This document shows positions 11,878 to 26,800 of a DNA stretch of 64,000 nucleotides, piece by piece. A program made the position numbers and the translations under genes. The stretch's first letter is position 1; each line of letters opens with the position of its first letter. This DNA comes from Eledone cirrhosa (lineage: Eukaryota): assembly GCA_964016885.1 (NCBI GenBank), contig OZ024740.1, forward strand, positions 296,918,001 to 296,982,000, given 5' to 3'. The notes beneath the pieces were generated by a model. It was given only the letters and a program-made list of their open reading frames with translations, ran no database searches and had not been told where the DNA came from.

Positions 11878-14800
11878 CTGAAAAGAAATAATTTTTAAGT
11901 AAATGAACATTTAAAGAAAAAAATTATTAGACAAACATAGGAAATCAATCAGAGATTTTTGTATTTTAAAGTAAAAACCTTTCCATGCCACCAATTTTGT
12001 CCAAAGGAAAAGCAAAGGCCGATACAGCTTGGCACCAGTGATGTTGCAACTCATTTCTACAGCTGAGTAAACTGGAGTAAACTGGAGCAACATGAAAATA
12101 AAGTGTATTATTCAAGGACACAACACATCACCCGGTTGGAGAATCAAACTCACAACCTCTCGATTACAAGACACTGCAAGGCTTGAGACTATAGCAGAAG
12201 ATACTTGTCCAAAATGCCATAAGGTTCCAAAGCAAAATTTTAACCATGCAACTTGGTTATACCATGCAGCTTGGTTATATAAAACTATATGAATTTAGTA
12301 AAATTATGACTATGCAATGAAAGTTGAAAATAGAATGAGCTTGTGAAGCCATACAATAATGTTGAAAAATATTTGAGTGCTTTGGCCATATTCTGCCTTT
12401 CTTCTTATTGGAAACTGTTTATTATCAAAGGTAAACTTCAAAACTGGGTTTCAGCTGTAGTATCAAGATAATAAAGAGCAATAATATTTCTGAATACTTT
12501 CAACTGTACATCAAAAAATTTAATACAGTGACTTACCATTGTACTATAAGTATGGTGATGATGATGATAGCTGATATAACATCAACTGAAACCCATGTCA
12601 TCAGATATGTTCCTGGAGTCTGAAAAATAACAAAAAATAAAATTTTAAAATATTTGTATTTCTTACTTTATTATTATTGGGTTGGCAGAATTGTAGGACA
12701 TCTGGGAAAAAAAATGAGTCATATTTTTTCTGGTTCTTTAGATTTTGAGTTCAAATTCCTCATTTTGGGTGGTATATTCTAAATGCAGTTATTAATTTTT
12801 ATTGATTTTCTGTCCTGACCTGTTAGTTTGTTTAGATTAACAAAACTGTAGCTTATTACTTGGACAGCTAGAGTATTGATGCCTATTACCATATTCTTTG
12901 GATTTAGTTCAGTCTGAAGTGTCAATCCAATGCATCTATATTATTTCTTTCTAATCTTTACTTTCATTTGTGTGAGTTGTACACTATCTAGTTCATTGAT
13001 TCCTAAGTATTTGTATGTCTCTGCTTGATCCAATTCTATTATATCACAACATTAAGAAAAAAACATCTGAGAGGGCAATCTCAAACAATATGCACTACTG
13101 TATGTTCAGAGTCCCCACAGTCATATGCTGGGCTGTCCTGGCATGTGTTGTGTGGATCTAATTAAGGGACACTCATTGCTTTCTGAAAAGGTCAACCTTG
13201 CATATAAGACCTGGGTGATGTATTTTAACCATTTTGGGGGACAAAAAGGTGGACTTATATGTCATAAAATATGGTGATTTTCTTCTCTTCAGGGTTGACA
13301 CATTTTCTAATACAGACCGTCGTCGTCGTTATTATTATTAAGGGTGGTGAATTGGCAGTATCAGTAGAGGGTCTGACGCCATGCTTTGCAGCAAAGAGTT
13401 ACAGCCCTTTATGGTCTGAGTTCAAATCCCGCCAAGGTTAACTTTGCCTTTCATCTTTATGGGGTCAATAAAATAAAGTACCAGTAATACACTGGGATAA
13501 TTGCTGGCCTTGTGCCAAAAGTAGAAACAATTATTATTATTATTGTTGTTATTTTTATTAGTCTTATTTTTATTGCAAGTAATCATTACATTACCAAGCA
13601 CAGCTGTGTGCAGTGTTTTTAATGTTATTTCTGGAGTATTGAGAGTAGCCTTCCTAATATGTGTGCAGTGCCTAGTAGTGCTATTTTTATTTGTAAGTCA
13701 TTTGATTAGACTAGGTAGAAAACTGACCATCACCATTTAACATCCATTTTTCCATGCTAGTATGGGTTAGACAAGTTGCCCTGTTGTGAGAAATGCAGGG
13801 TCAAGTGACCATGTCTTGCTCATACAGAACTGATTTGGGTTTGGTTTCTACAGCTGGATGCCTTTCCTAATGCCACCTACACGACCACTTTGCAGTGTGG
13901 ACTGAGTGCTTTTTGTCATGACTCCCAACATGACAATTTTACAGTGTGGGCTGGGTGTTTTTGTCATGTCTCCATCATGACCACTTTAGAGTAAGAGAGG
14001 TGTGTGGCAATTGGGAGGTAGGTATTTGGGTGTGAGCGAGGGGCAGAGTGTTAGGAGGTAGGAAGTTGAAGGGGGTGGGGAGGAGGTGGTGCACACTAGA
14101 TTATATGCTTCAGCCTGTGCTCATGGGAAGTGTATGGATGAGTGGGATGAGGTGGAAGTGAAGGTTGTGTATAATATATATATATATGCTTCAGGCTGTG
14201 CTCATTATACAAATGGTAAACATCATTAAAAAATTAAATCATTGTATATGGCATATCTACATTCCTTGTAAGGTGAGAGAAAATTATATGACTTAACTGC
14301 TCTTAATACAAAGATATTTGATAGGGATTGTGTGAGTATGGAGAATGCAAAGGAACAAAATTGAATAAATTTTATAAAATGTGACCAGAAAAGTTAATTC
14401 AGAAGGTAAATGGTAAGAAGGCCTATCTTATACATAGTTTAAGTCTCATGTTTCTCTTGTATCAGATAATAAGGGAGGGGCGGTTGGAAAATCATTAATC
14501 TTTCTAGGCTGTCTCCATTGATTTTTTTTTAATAACGAGAATTAGTCATTTAGTTTACATATTAAGACCCCAACCCATCGTATTTATTTTATAACATATG
14601 GGATTTCTAGGAAATGTATTTGATAGGGATTGTGTGAGTAGGGATTGTGTGAGTATGGAGAATGCAAAGGAACAAAATTGAATAAATTTTATAAATCTAT
14701 CTCTGGCAAAATGAAATTTTGCCAGAGATAGATTAGCAAAATTTAATAAGTGTGTGTGTGTGGGGGGGGGGGGGGGTTATTCGAGACTCGAGAGTACATA

Positions 14801-17800
14801 TAATATTTCAAAGATCATAAACTCAAGTTATATCAAATACTGTATTTTTGAATTCTCACAAGTTTAAAAATTTCAAAACATTTCATTCATCAGGGCTATA
14901 TATATTGTAAAAGTTACAAAATCAGTTGAGGATTAATGTCTTTAATAGAATGTAACTGATAGAAGCTGTCTCTAAATTGGACTCAAATAAATAAATTCCC
15001 TTGATGCTTCAAAATATTTCGTTTCTTCTAAATCGAAAAAAATCAAAAAAAAAGAAAAATCAAAAAAAATTATCTTTTAAAAAAATGGATTTTAAAAATA
15101 TTCTAATACAACATTCTTATATGTCAAACTGGAAGTTGCCAATCACTATAGGATATCTAAAGTTATAAGCCTGATTTGTCTCTTAGAGTGAATCATTATT
15201 TGGCAGTATCGGTAGAGGGTCGGACGCCATGCTGTCCCTTTACGATCTGAGTTCAAATCCCGCCGAGGTTGACTTTGCCTTTGATCCTTACGGGGTCGAT
15301 AAAATAAAGTACCAGTAATGCACTGGGTGATTGCTGGCCTTGTGCCTAAAGTAGAAACAATTATTTGGCAGTATCAGTAGAGGGTCAGACGCCATGCTTT
15401 GACGCATAGAGTTACAACCCTTGCCATTCTGAGTTCAAATTCCGCCAAGGTTAACTTTGCCTTTCATCCTTACGGGGTTGATAAAATAAAGTACCAGTAA
15501 TGCACTCGGTAATTACTGGCCTTGTGCCAAAAGTAGAAACAATTATTTAGAGTAAATATTTAACCCTTTCATTACCATATTTCTAATGAAATACACTATT
15601 TCAATTAGTTAATGGAGAATTTTGAGTGATTTACTAAAATTATCAATTATTTCATTACCAAGATAGTAACTTAATGTAAGGTTCTTATATAGAATTATGT
15701 TGGAAAATTTTAATTTAAATTGGAAACCTTTAAAATGGGTGGTTTTATTTCATAGTATCAGAGCTGGTTTTGGCAGGTTTGACAACAAAAGGGTGTAGCA
15801 GGAGTTGTCTCCCTTGTTGTGACACTCACATCACCAATAGATTAACGCTCTCTAGATAGGAAGTAGAACCCTTTCTGTAACTTCCGGCAGAACCCTATAA
15901 AGGGAATAACTTTAAGCTCTCATTCTCTCATCTATTCATTGACATGTCAACTATACTGTTCTATATATCCACATATTGTTGATTAAATATTATACACACA
16001 AACCACGTCTCTTGTTATATTCATATGCACAGTAATTTGTTATAAGAGTAGCATATTGTTCAAGACTTGTAGAGTTAGATATTATGGCCAGCTGATTTGG
16101 TATTATGTTTGAGTTAGATATACTTTAATTGCAAAAAATTGGGACTTGACTTATCTTACCAAATGCCATATTGGTCTTTCAAGTTTATTAAGGATATGAC
16201 AATTGTCTGTTGTGACAGACTGTACACCAAGGCACCAATACAGAGAAAACATCCAGTTTGTATTAACCAAGTAGACATTTGTAGTAATGTTGGATTCAAT
16301 ATATTGTCTGAAATCAATAAAATGAAAACAATCATCAATTAAAGTACTCAGAATAAACCAGATTTAACTCTGAATATAAGAAAGACGAAGGTGACAGTAG
16401 GTGGTAAAGCATGTGGTGAAGTGGAAAAAATAGGATGGTGGTCATGTGCAGTGTCACAAGAAGGTGCTTATGTGAATATGCAGGAAGAGTGTTGGAGTGA
16501 ACACCATTAAATGTATATGCACTGAGTACAGTGAAAATGTAATGGTGTGAATGGATTATTAAATTATAAAATAATATAGCAACTACATTCAATTGTAAAG
16601 TGTGTATGGGGAGAGCTACAATAAGAGAGGATGTTGAGCTGGAACTTGGGAATGATGTGAAGATGGAAGGTGTGAAAATGTTTTGTTACCTTTGAGAAAT
16701 ATTGAATAGAGAAGGCAAATCAGATGTGGTTACAGTGGCAAGAGTGAGATGTACATGGAAAAATTTCCAAAAACTGAGTCACATGCTAATGAGGAGGGGA
16801 GTGTCACTGAAACTGAAGGGAAAGTTGTGTTTTGCATGTGTAAGAAGTGCCATCATTAATTGTTTCTACATTTGGCACAAGGCCAGCAATTACCCAGTGT
16901 ATTACTGGTACTTTATTTTATCGACCCCGAAAGGATGAAAGGCAAAGTTAACCTCGGCGCGATTTGAACTCAGAATGGCAAGGACCGTAACTCTATGCGT
17001 CAAAGCATGGCGTCCAACCCTCTACCGATACTGCCAATCCTCCGTGCCATCATTAATGATAGTGAAACAGGTAATGACTGTGAAGCAGCAGAGATGACTG
17101 GAAAGAATGGGATGAGAATGGTCCAGTGAACAAGTAGAGTATTACTCAGAGGACGGAGACAAACAATGAACTGCAGAGTATGATGGGAACAGAGCTAGTG
17201 ATGAATGTTGTGAAGAGAAAGAAAATGAGATGATTGGGTCATGTGATCAGGAAGGATGAAAGTGACTAGGTGAGAGGAGGGATGAAAGTGAATGTGGAAG
17301 GGAAAACCCCAAAAAGACATGGCTAGTAATGATAGAAAAGGAAATGAAAACTAGGGATTGGTGAGCAGGGATGCAGCTGATAGGGAAATGTGGAGAAGTG
17401 TCATGGGGTTCCTGAGGCTAAAACTTTCTTTAGCAGATAAAATAGTCTTAAAACACTTGTTTTTCTTGATGTTGTCTGGATAAAATTGGCATTTACCATT
17501 CCACAGGTATATCTGTTAAGAGAATTAAGTACCTGTATCATAAACATTACTGTTGACAGGATATAAACTACAGGCCAAAGAATCAGTGGCATGCCATTCT
17601 GATCAACTTGGTTGGCTGTGATTCTCAGCAGGATAAAAGGGGAGGAAATGGCAAGAATTGATATGGAATTTTAGATATATACAATGTAGGTATCAACTTT
17701 TGAAGTATTCTGACTGTTTTTACGAATGTTCTGGATGAATTAGCTCCCCTTACAGACCCATTGAATTCAGAATACCTACTAGAACAAGAATAGCAATGAA

Positions 17801-20800
17801 GAATTAAAAAAATGAAATATAAACCATTAAGTAGTGAAACATGTGATAGTACATCTAGAGAAACAGTATAAAAATGAATTGACAAAGATATGGAATAATG
17901 ATTTCAAATTAAAGCACCCCTCCCCATAGGTGCTGAAATTAGAAATCATAAAGGCGGTGGATTGGCAGAATCGGTAGAGCATCTGACAACAAACTTAGCA
18001 ACATATAGTTATGATCATTTACATTCTGAGTTCAAATCTCACAGAGGTTAGCTTTGCCTTCCATCCTTACAGGGTCGATAAAATAAAGTACCAGTAATGC
18101 ACTGGGGTCGATTTAATCAACTTTCCACTCCCCTTCAAATTGCTGGTCTTGTGTCAAATGTAGAAACAATTATTTCATAGTACTATAGCATGTGGTCAGA
18201 ATGTCTCAGGAAAGAATCGCTGGACAGATTTTATGGGCAAAACCAACTGGCAGGAGACCCAGGGGTAGACTCCAAGCAAGATGGTTGGATAACATCCATG
18301 AGCTGGAAGGTGTGTTTGAGGACTCTGCCCCAACAACCCTCTCAGGAATAAGTGGACAAAGAAGAATTTAAGCATAAAGTCAGCAATTTGGGGGTTAGAA
18401 TAAGTCAATTAAATCAACCCCATACTTGACTGGTACTTCATTTTACTGTCCCAAAAAGGATGAATAGCAAAATTGCCCTTAGCAGGATTTGAACTCAGAA
18501 TGTAATGAGGCAAACAAATACTGTTAAGCACTTGTCTAATGTTCTAACAACTCTGCCAATCCACATGCCCTCTACAGGGTAATGAAATGATAAGAAACAT
18601 TAAAACTTACAGAATTTCATCTTCACTAAGTGTATCATAATTAGCATTGATGTGCCAAACATTGCTTTGTAAGAGTTCTTCAACGGGTTGATACTTGGTC
18701 CAAGTTTGTGTAAAATTGGTGGTATTTATTGAATCGTAGAGTTTTGAAAACCACCAAATCTGTAAAAGTGTAGCAAAAAAACAAAAGCTTGTTCATAAAG
18801 AGAGTTATGATGATATCAAATATTCATTGGAGAAACCAATTATATACTTCTTAAAAAATATTCAGTTTTTGTTTTTTGTGTTGTATCATAAAAATGTTAC
18901 AAGAAAGGTATAAATATAATTCATGAATTTAAGTTGGTCAAAGTAAATAAAAAACATTGCTCATATATTCCCACAAAAACTATAAATTCCTGTCAACCAA
19001 ATATAATTATATATTACCAATATATCATTAGACATTTTGAAAATACTATATCTAGACAACCAGCCAATATAAGAAATATTACTATAATCATGAGAAAGTT
19101 AACATTCTTTTAGCCAAGTACATATCTTGTATTGAGACTAGCTGAGTTAAATGCTTGAATAATAGTTGAGCTGACGTAACAAATAAAGATTGTGTAGATT
19201 GCAAGTTGTTAAGCCTTGTAAAACTGTAAGCTACAATGCTTGTTAGGTAAAGATGGTGAAGAAGTATCATTAGTCACTACAGAATTAACAGCTGTTTAGA
19301 ATTTTACTTGAAGGAAAATAAAATGAAAATAAAATTATAGAGAAAAATCCTTCCGGATTCAAGTTGGAAGTTTTAGCAATATTAACATAGGACCTTCAAG
19401 TTTTCTGTGCAATTTTATTCAGGATATCAACAATATCTGAGGTCAACTTTGCCTTTCATCCTTTCAAGGTCGATAAAAAAAGTACCAGTCAAGTATTGGG
19501 GTTAATTCTTCCTCTATATCCCTTTCTCTTTATCACTTGTTCTCTCACTCTCTATCCTTCTTTGGAAGAATTCTGCAGTATTCAGACCTGGAGAGGAGAT
19601 GGACTCCACCAGGTTTTTGAAAAATGCCTTAGAAACACCATATGTCAATACGGCACTCCAAAGACTCCCTCAGGAATTAAGGGATCATGCATGCATCAAC
19701 AGTATCCACAGTTCATTCTATGCATGGATTGGACGAGTCCTTCTCAGCATGGCATCTCTCCACATGTGATCCTTTGTGATTGCCTCTGAGAATCTCAGTG
19801 ATTTGAGGTCAGCTCTCACAACCTCTGCCCAAGTCTTTCTTGGTCTACCTCTACCACAGCTTCCTTCCACTGACATTTCCTGGCACTTCTTCATCCAACA
19901 ATCATTGTCAATGTGCATCATATGTCCATGTATGTTATATAAAAAAGACAGCCCCAATAAATATAAAATTAGCAGTTCATTTAATGTTCAAATAGCTTGT
20001 CACTGCAGATCTGAATTATTCAGCAATTCATAAGTTTATAAAATGACAACATTGATAATAGTAAACATACTAATATAGATATTAGCATCAGATCATTTTG
20101 AAAGGCTCAGAGTTGATGCCTACCTTGCCTTCAAAGAATGGAGACAACAGAGTGTGGAGGACACTTTGGTCAAACAAGAGGCAAGACAACATCTCTAGTA
20201 GTGGTGCCACAATAAAATGCAGCTAGTACACTCTGTAAAGTGGCTGGCATTAGAAAAGGATTCCAACTATAAAATCCATGCAAATACTTGAAACATATAA
20301 ATGAGATGTGCCCCTATAACCCATTAGCATTTACATTATTCTGTATTTTCAGAGTAAAGGCTTTGTTTCACATAATTATCTCACATAATATCAAATCTAT
20401 GAGATTTTGATATTGGTTTATTTTGAGAACAATACCTTAACGTCAGTATGAGCAGCCAGTTATGGCCGGTTTGAACAGAAAGAGGTGAGAGAATTCTAGC
20501 CGGATATGGCCGGTTTAAATGAATAAAAAATGACTTGAACTGTTATGACCAGTCCAATACATGCCAGCATGACTTCCAATGTTGTTGCAATAGAAGAAGA
20601 ATATGTAGACTACAAGCTTATAAAACTGTAAGCTACAATGCTAGTAAAGTAAATTGCAATGATAGTTGACAGCAAGTAGGCTTATGTTGTTGCAACCGAA
20701 GAAGGATGTGTAACTGAAAGCTGTATGGCTTGTAAGCTACAATAGCTTATGGTAGCACTTTAAGCTGTGAAGGCCTGTAACTAGTTTACATATCCAATTA

Positions 20801-23800
20801 GGTTTCAGTGTTCATGAATTTTGTCACCATTTAAGTTTTCTGGAACTGGCAGATTCATTCAACTAAGCACGTATTCTGGGGAAAAAAATGTATGATTTGC
20901 ATTACTTAAAATAAGCTGTGATATCTAGTAGTTGTCATTGACAATAGGCGAGATGCATGGTTGTAAAGATCGCAGTAATGATAATTAATCTGTATGGTTG
21001 TTCTATAGTAGCTGCCCTTAGCTGATGTTAAGGATGCCTAGAAAGGTGGCTTACTCCACTAGTCGCATGACTATCTGCAGCCAGTTTGTAGAGAAAAGAT
21101 AGACAATTTACTTTTTCTTTTATAATGTCTAACAGCACAATTTATTTTCAGGTCAGTCTATTCCACAGAAATATATGTCGATCTAAGTTCAAATCTTGGA
21201 ACAGATAATTCAAAAATAGATATTTAGATGGAGGCACATGGCTTAGTGGTTAGAGCATTGGCCTTGCAATTGAAAGGTTGTGAGTTCAATTCTCAGACCG
21301 GGTGATGTGTTGTTTCCTTGAGCAAGACACTTTATTTCACATTGCTCCAGTTTACTCAGTTGTAGAAATGAGATGATAGGGACTGGGGTCTCTCTCATTC
21401 CACTGTAAAGTGGTCGTGGAGGTGCCATGGCAAAAAAGCACCCAGCATTCACTGTAAATGAGGTTGGTGTTAGGAAGGGCATCCAGCTGTAGAAATCAAG
21501 CCAGAATCAGTTCCCGTCCCACCCTTGCAAGCAGGGAAAAGATGACGTAAAATGAAATGAATGATATTTAAAACATTTCTATACTCTTTCTTCTATTGCC
21601 TAACAGCCATTGCTCTTTCCTTCCTTTTCTCTTCGCAATCCCCACACAAGCCAGATTACTGACGACCCCAAGGAATGTGCAGAACTCATTGCTGAATGCT
21701 ATGCAGGCATTTTCACTGATGAAGACCAAAATGTACCATCTCCACCACCTCTGACATCAAATTCTATTACAACTATGAAATTTACTCCTGCAATGCTGCG
21801 ACGTCACCTTAAAAATAAACGCAACCATGCCTCTCCTGGTCTTGATGGTGTTACATACCTACTTCTCAAACGTGGTAGGTACTTCCTTTTGCACCAGCTA
21901 TCACTCTTCTTTCAATTCTGTCTGAACAATGAATCTATTCCAAAACAGTGGAAAACTGCCAGTGTCATTCCTCTGTTCAAAACAGGTGACTGCCCATCAC
22001 CTGTCAACTATCATCCAGTCAGTCTTACTAGCTGCATTGCCAAACTGATGGAATCCTGTGTCAGAAAAACACTTTGGAACTTCTGGAACTCTCACAGGCT
22101 TATCTGGCTCTCGCAATTTGGATCTATCCCTAATTCCAGCTGCTGTGATCAACTTATCGAGTTTCTTGAAGACATCACCCAGATCACTGATGGTGGCTCA
22201 TGGGTGGATGTTATTTACCTTGACTTTGCTAAAGCTTTCAATTCTGTGCCACACAAAAGACTTATGGCAAAACTCTCTGCAATGGGTGTGAAGGATGATC
22301 TTTTTAACTGGTTGAAGTCCTTCATTTTCAGTCAAAGAGAGGTAGTCACAGTTCTAGGACAGCATTCCTTACTGTACAAGATGTCATCTGGTGTGCCACA
22401 GGGATCTGTTCTTGGCCCCCTTTTGTTTGTGGCATATATTAATGACATAGATGCCAACTTAAAGAATGCCACAATACTGAAATATGCAGATGACATCAAG
22501 CTGTACCTTGAGATAAAAAGGACAGATCCTGAACACTATAGATCTTTCCTGCAATCAGACCTGGACACAATGCAACAATAGATCATGGACTGGCAACTCA
22601 AGTTGGCTCTGGACAAGTGTACCACCATGCATTTTGGGAGTAATAACCCAGCATCCACATACTCCCTCCACAACACTAATATCAAGAAGTCTTCTTGTGA
22701 AAGTGACCTGCGCATTACGGTCAGCAGCGATTTGCGTTGGACGAAGCACATCTCTAAAATTGTCAAGAAGGTTGAGGGTGTCTTAGCATCACTCAGCATG
22801 ACCTTTGTCTGCCACTCTCCAGCTATCTATTTAATGCTGTATATAGCTATGGTGTGGCCACACTTAGAATTTGCTTCACCAGTCTGGAAGCCCTATCTTG
22901 CTCAGAACATTGACCACCTGGAAACTGTTCAGAGACGTGCAACCAAGCGAATACCCTCCATCAGGCACCTACCATACTCTGAATGCCTTGCTTTTGTGGG
23001 CATGGATACATTGAAGCTCCAACCTCTGGCAACTGACTTGGTATACACCCACAAAATTATTAACCATCTTGCCAACAACAATCCTGAGTACCTTTTTAAT
23101 TTCCCTGTGTCTAACACACATCGGCATGCCTACAAAGTCAGAAAACAATACAGCTCCCATGACTTTCGGAAACACTTTTTCATGCTCAGAGTTGCTGAAG
23201 CATGGAACAAACTACCTGCATCAGTTGTTAGCTGCCGAGACACCGCATCCTTTAAAACCTCCATGCTTTCTGAGATTCGCCAACACTACACCTGATGTCC
23301 CCCCTCCATACACATGCACACATGTATTTCATGACTCATACACTGTTCATTTTCCTGACATTTGTACATTATTCTATGTACTATACATGCACCTTTGATG
23401 AGTTGTAGTGCACCTGAGCACTGTACACAATAATTTCATTATTATTATTATTATGGTATCTATAGTCCTTTCCTTTACTTTCCTAAACAGCTAGAACTGC
23501 CTTTCTTTACCCCTTCCCCTTTTTTTTTCATTACTTAATTTTGTCTTTATCTTTTTTTTTTATATTTCCATCATTGTATAACTTCTGTCTGTAAAATATA
23601 ATTGACATAAAAGCAAAAGAAATTAAGAGGCTAGACAACAGTTTTAGAAAGAGACTCCATTAATATATTGTTGCTGATATGAATATGATAACCACAAAAA
23701 ATTATATATTTAGTGATTTTAGATTTAAGTGGGAAGTCAAATTATGTATGTGAATTGAAACTACATTGGCAACTAAAATGTAATCATCTTTTACGACCAA

Positions 23801-26800
23801 TTCTCTACAAACTAATCAATCAACATTATTATATCCAGCTTATTTTATATAGATTCAAATGATAAAGACAATGATACAAATTTACCTTTTTGGGAGCAAT
23901 TCCAGTGTTTAAGATCACATCAACAGCTCTTTCAAAATATGTATGATAATAAGGGTTTTCTTTGACTGGGGGTCGTATATCTATTAAAACTTTTTTTCCT
24001 GTCAAATTTGCTAAATCAATGAACTCCTCCAAAGACATAATGGTTTGGTTGTGGTAGATGCTCCTTGCCTTGTCAGTAAGAGATCCAGCAACATGCATTG
24101 GATCTTCCTAATATGTAAACAAATATAAAAGAAAAGCAAATCAGTAAGGGAAAAACAAATTTAGAAACAAAATTATCACATATCCTAGTCTATTTAAAAG
24201 ACATGGTTTTGGGAGGAGAATAGTGGTAAAATCTGGGTACTGAATCAGAGTGTTAGGAACTCCATGCCAACTTGATCATTATAAAAAAAAATTGGATGTT
24301 TCTTAACCCCTTAGCATTTAAACTGGCTGTATCCAGTCAAAATTCTCTCACAGCCATTCATATTCATACTGTCAAGGTATCGTTCTCAAAATAAATAACA
24401 TCAAAATCTCATAGATTCAATATTATGTGAGCTATATGACAAAGCCTTTATTATGAAAACAATAGTATATATAGAGTAATGTAAATGCTAAAGGTTATAG
24501 ATATTTGTAAATAGTGCAGATCATATGAAATATATTTAAAACAGACAGTTAATATGCAGGGGAAAATTTAATAGTAAGATTTAAAATAAAATAAAATAAC
24601 ACACTATCAGCACAACATAGAAGAGGTATCAGAGATCATCAGCATTTTTTTTCTAGCATTGCCATTAGCTAGAGAAAATGCTGCTATCTGAAAAGCCACT
24701 GGCATTCATATAACAAATTACTGGTTCTAAATCTCAAAATGAACTACACCGATAACGTATTTATTAATTTCAAGAGCAATTGGTTTTTAAATGACACAAG
24801 AATGTGGGGGATATAAAAAATTGTAATAATGAAATAGTGTTTGAAAGAAACAGAATAAGTTGCTGTCATCATCATCATCATTTAATGTCTATTTGCTGCC
24901 ACGCTAGCATGGGTTAGACAGGTTTGTCCCATTAGAAGCAAGTAGGGTTGGGTGACTGTGTCTCATCCATATAGAACTGTTTCTGGCTGGATGCCCTTTT
25001 TAATGCCAGCCACATTTACCGTGTGTGTTGGATACTTTTTGCCTTGTTTCCTACATGACCACTTTACAATGTGGGCTGGATGCTTTTTGTCATGACAGTC
25101 TGCTTTCCCTGCTAGCAATGGTTGCATGGGTCTACATAGAGCAAGTCAGTACTGAAGCAGATCCACTGATCTCCAAGGCAAGCCAGGGATTTGTGTCTCA
25201 CTTTATATATGGATGACATTCCAAGTACACAGGAGAGGTTGTCATATCTTTGACATAACTGAGGGTTCTCCTGACCCTTTTGTTTGGCAAGATTTTTATG
25301 GCTGGATACCCTTCCAGCCTGTGCTGGGTGTGTTTATCATGTAGACCACCAAACACAAGGGAGGCTGTCATGTCTTTGACACGACTGAAGGATCCTCCCA
25401 GTCCTGTGTTTGTTTAGCCTTCCATGGCTGAATGCCATTCCCATCACCAACCACTTCTGAGGAGTTGTGGGCATGTGCAGTGGAATTGAAGTAGTGATGT
25501 TGAGGATAACTGTTGGGGAATGCTAATGGAGGCAGGTGACATGGGGGTAGATCATGTCACATCGTATGCTGCAAATAACTTCCTCAGCACTGCATAGTGC
25601 CAGCCCTCGCAGTCTTTTGTCATTTCTGTTGTGAGTTTAGTTTGTTTAAGTCATTAACTAATTGAATTAGAGTTGGTATAATTGCACAAGTCCCCAAAGA
25701 ATCTTTTTGAACAGCTAAAAGGATTAAAAAAAATAAATATGACATATAAAATTGTGCACTAAGCAACTAGAGTATATGATAAATATATATACATATATCT
25801 TTATATATACAGTAAAAAGTCAATTAAGAATATTCATCTTTTCACATATATGCAGTTTCAGTTAAACTCAGTATTATATATGTACAGATATAAATGCTAA
25901 ATGTCATCAGAAGGGCAACCAGGAATTATGACTTGGGTGCAGCCTGGCCCCCTTAGAGTGCAAAGGGTTAAGGACCAAAATACTCGCGTGAGCGGAGGGT
26001 TGAAGACCTTCTGCTGTCCAGCTATCCTGATAGTTTCTTACCAATTATACACTATAAAAATCTATAGTATTGATGGTGATTAGAATAATTAGAGAACACC
26101 AACAACATAAAATTACATTTTGGATCAATGAAAAAATTATCTATTCTATCAATACAGAATATGAAAGACAATACCAGTTTCATCAATCTAAATAGTATTA
26201 GAATGCAATGTATATGTGGAGAGGTTAAGGTGAAAGAAGGTCATTTAGTCATAAAATTGTATCAAATAGGGCAATAGAATATCATCATCATAATTTTTTA
26301 ACGTCTATTTTTCCACACTAGTATGGGTTAGGCAAGTTGTCCCGTTGTAAGACAATACAGATCAGATGTCTTGCTCACACTGAACTAATTCTGGCTTGGT
26401 TTCTACCGCTGGATGCCCTTCCTAATGCTAAACACATATACAGTGTGTACCGGGTACTTTTTGTCATGTCACCTACACGATCACTTTACAGTGTGGGCTG
26501 GATGCTTTTTGTCATAACACCTACATGACTACTTTACAGTGTAGGCTGGGTGCTTTTTGTTGTGATACCTACATGACCACTTTACAGTGTCGGAGGGTAC
26601 TTTTTGTCATGAAACCTACATGACCACTTTTCAGTGTCTGGGTGCTCTTTGTCGTGTCACCAAGAGTGTGGGCTGGGTGCTTTTTGTTGTTGTCAATACG
26701 ACCACTTTTGAAAACTTGTAAGTGATGAATCGATTATAGTGAACAGAAATGAAATAAATAAATAAATAAATACAAGGAGTTAAAATTTTTTGCATAACTT

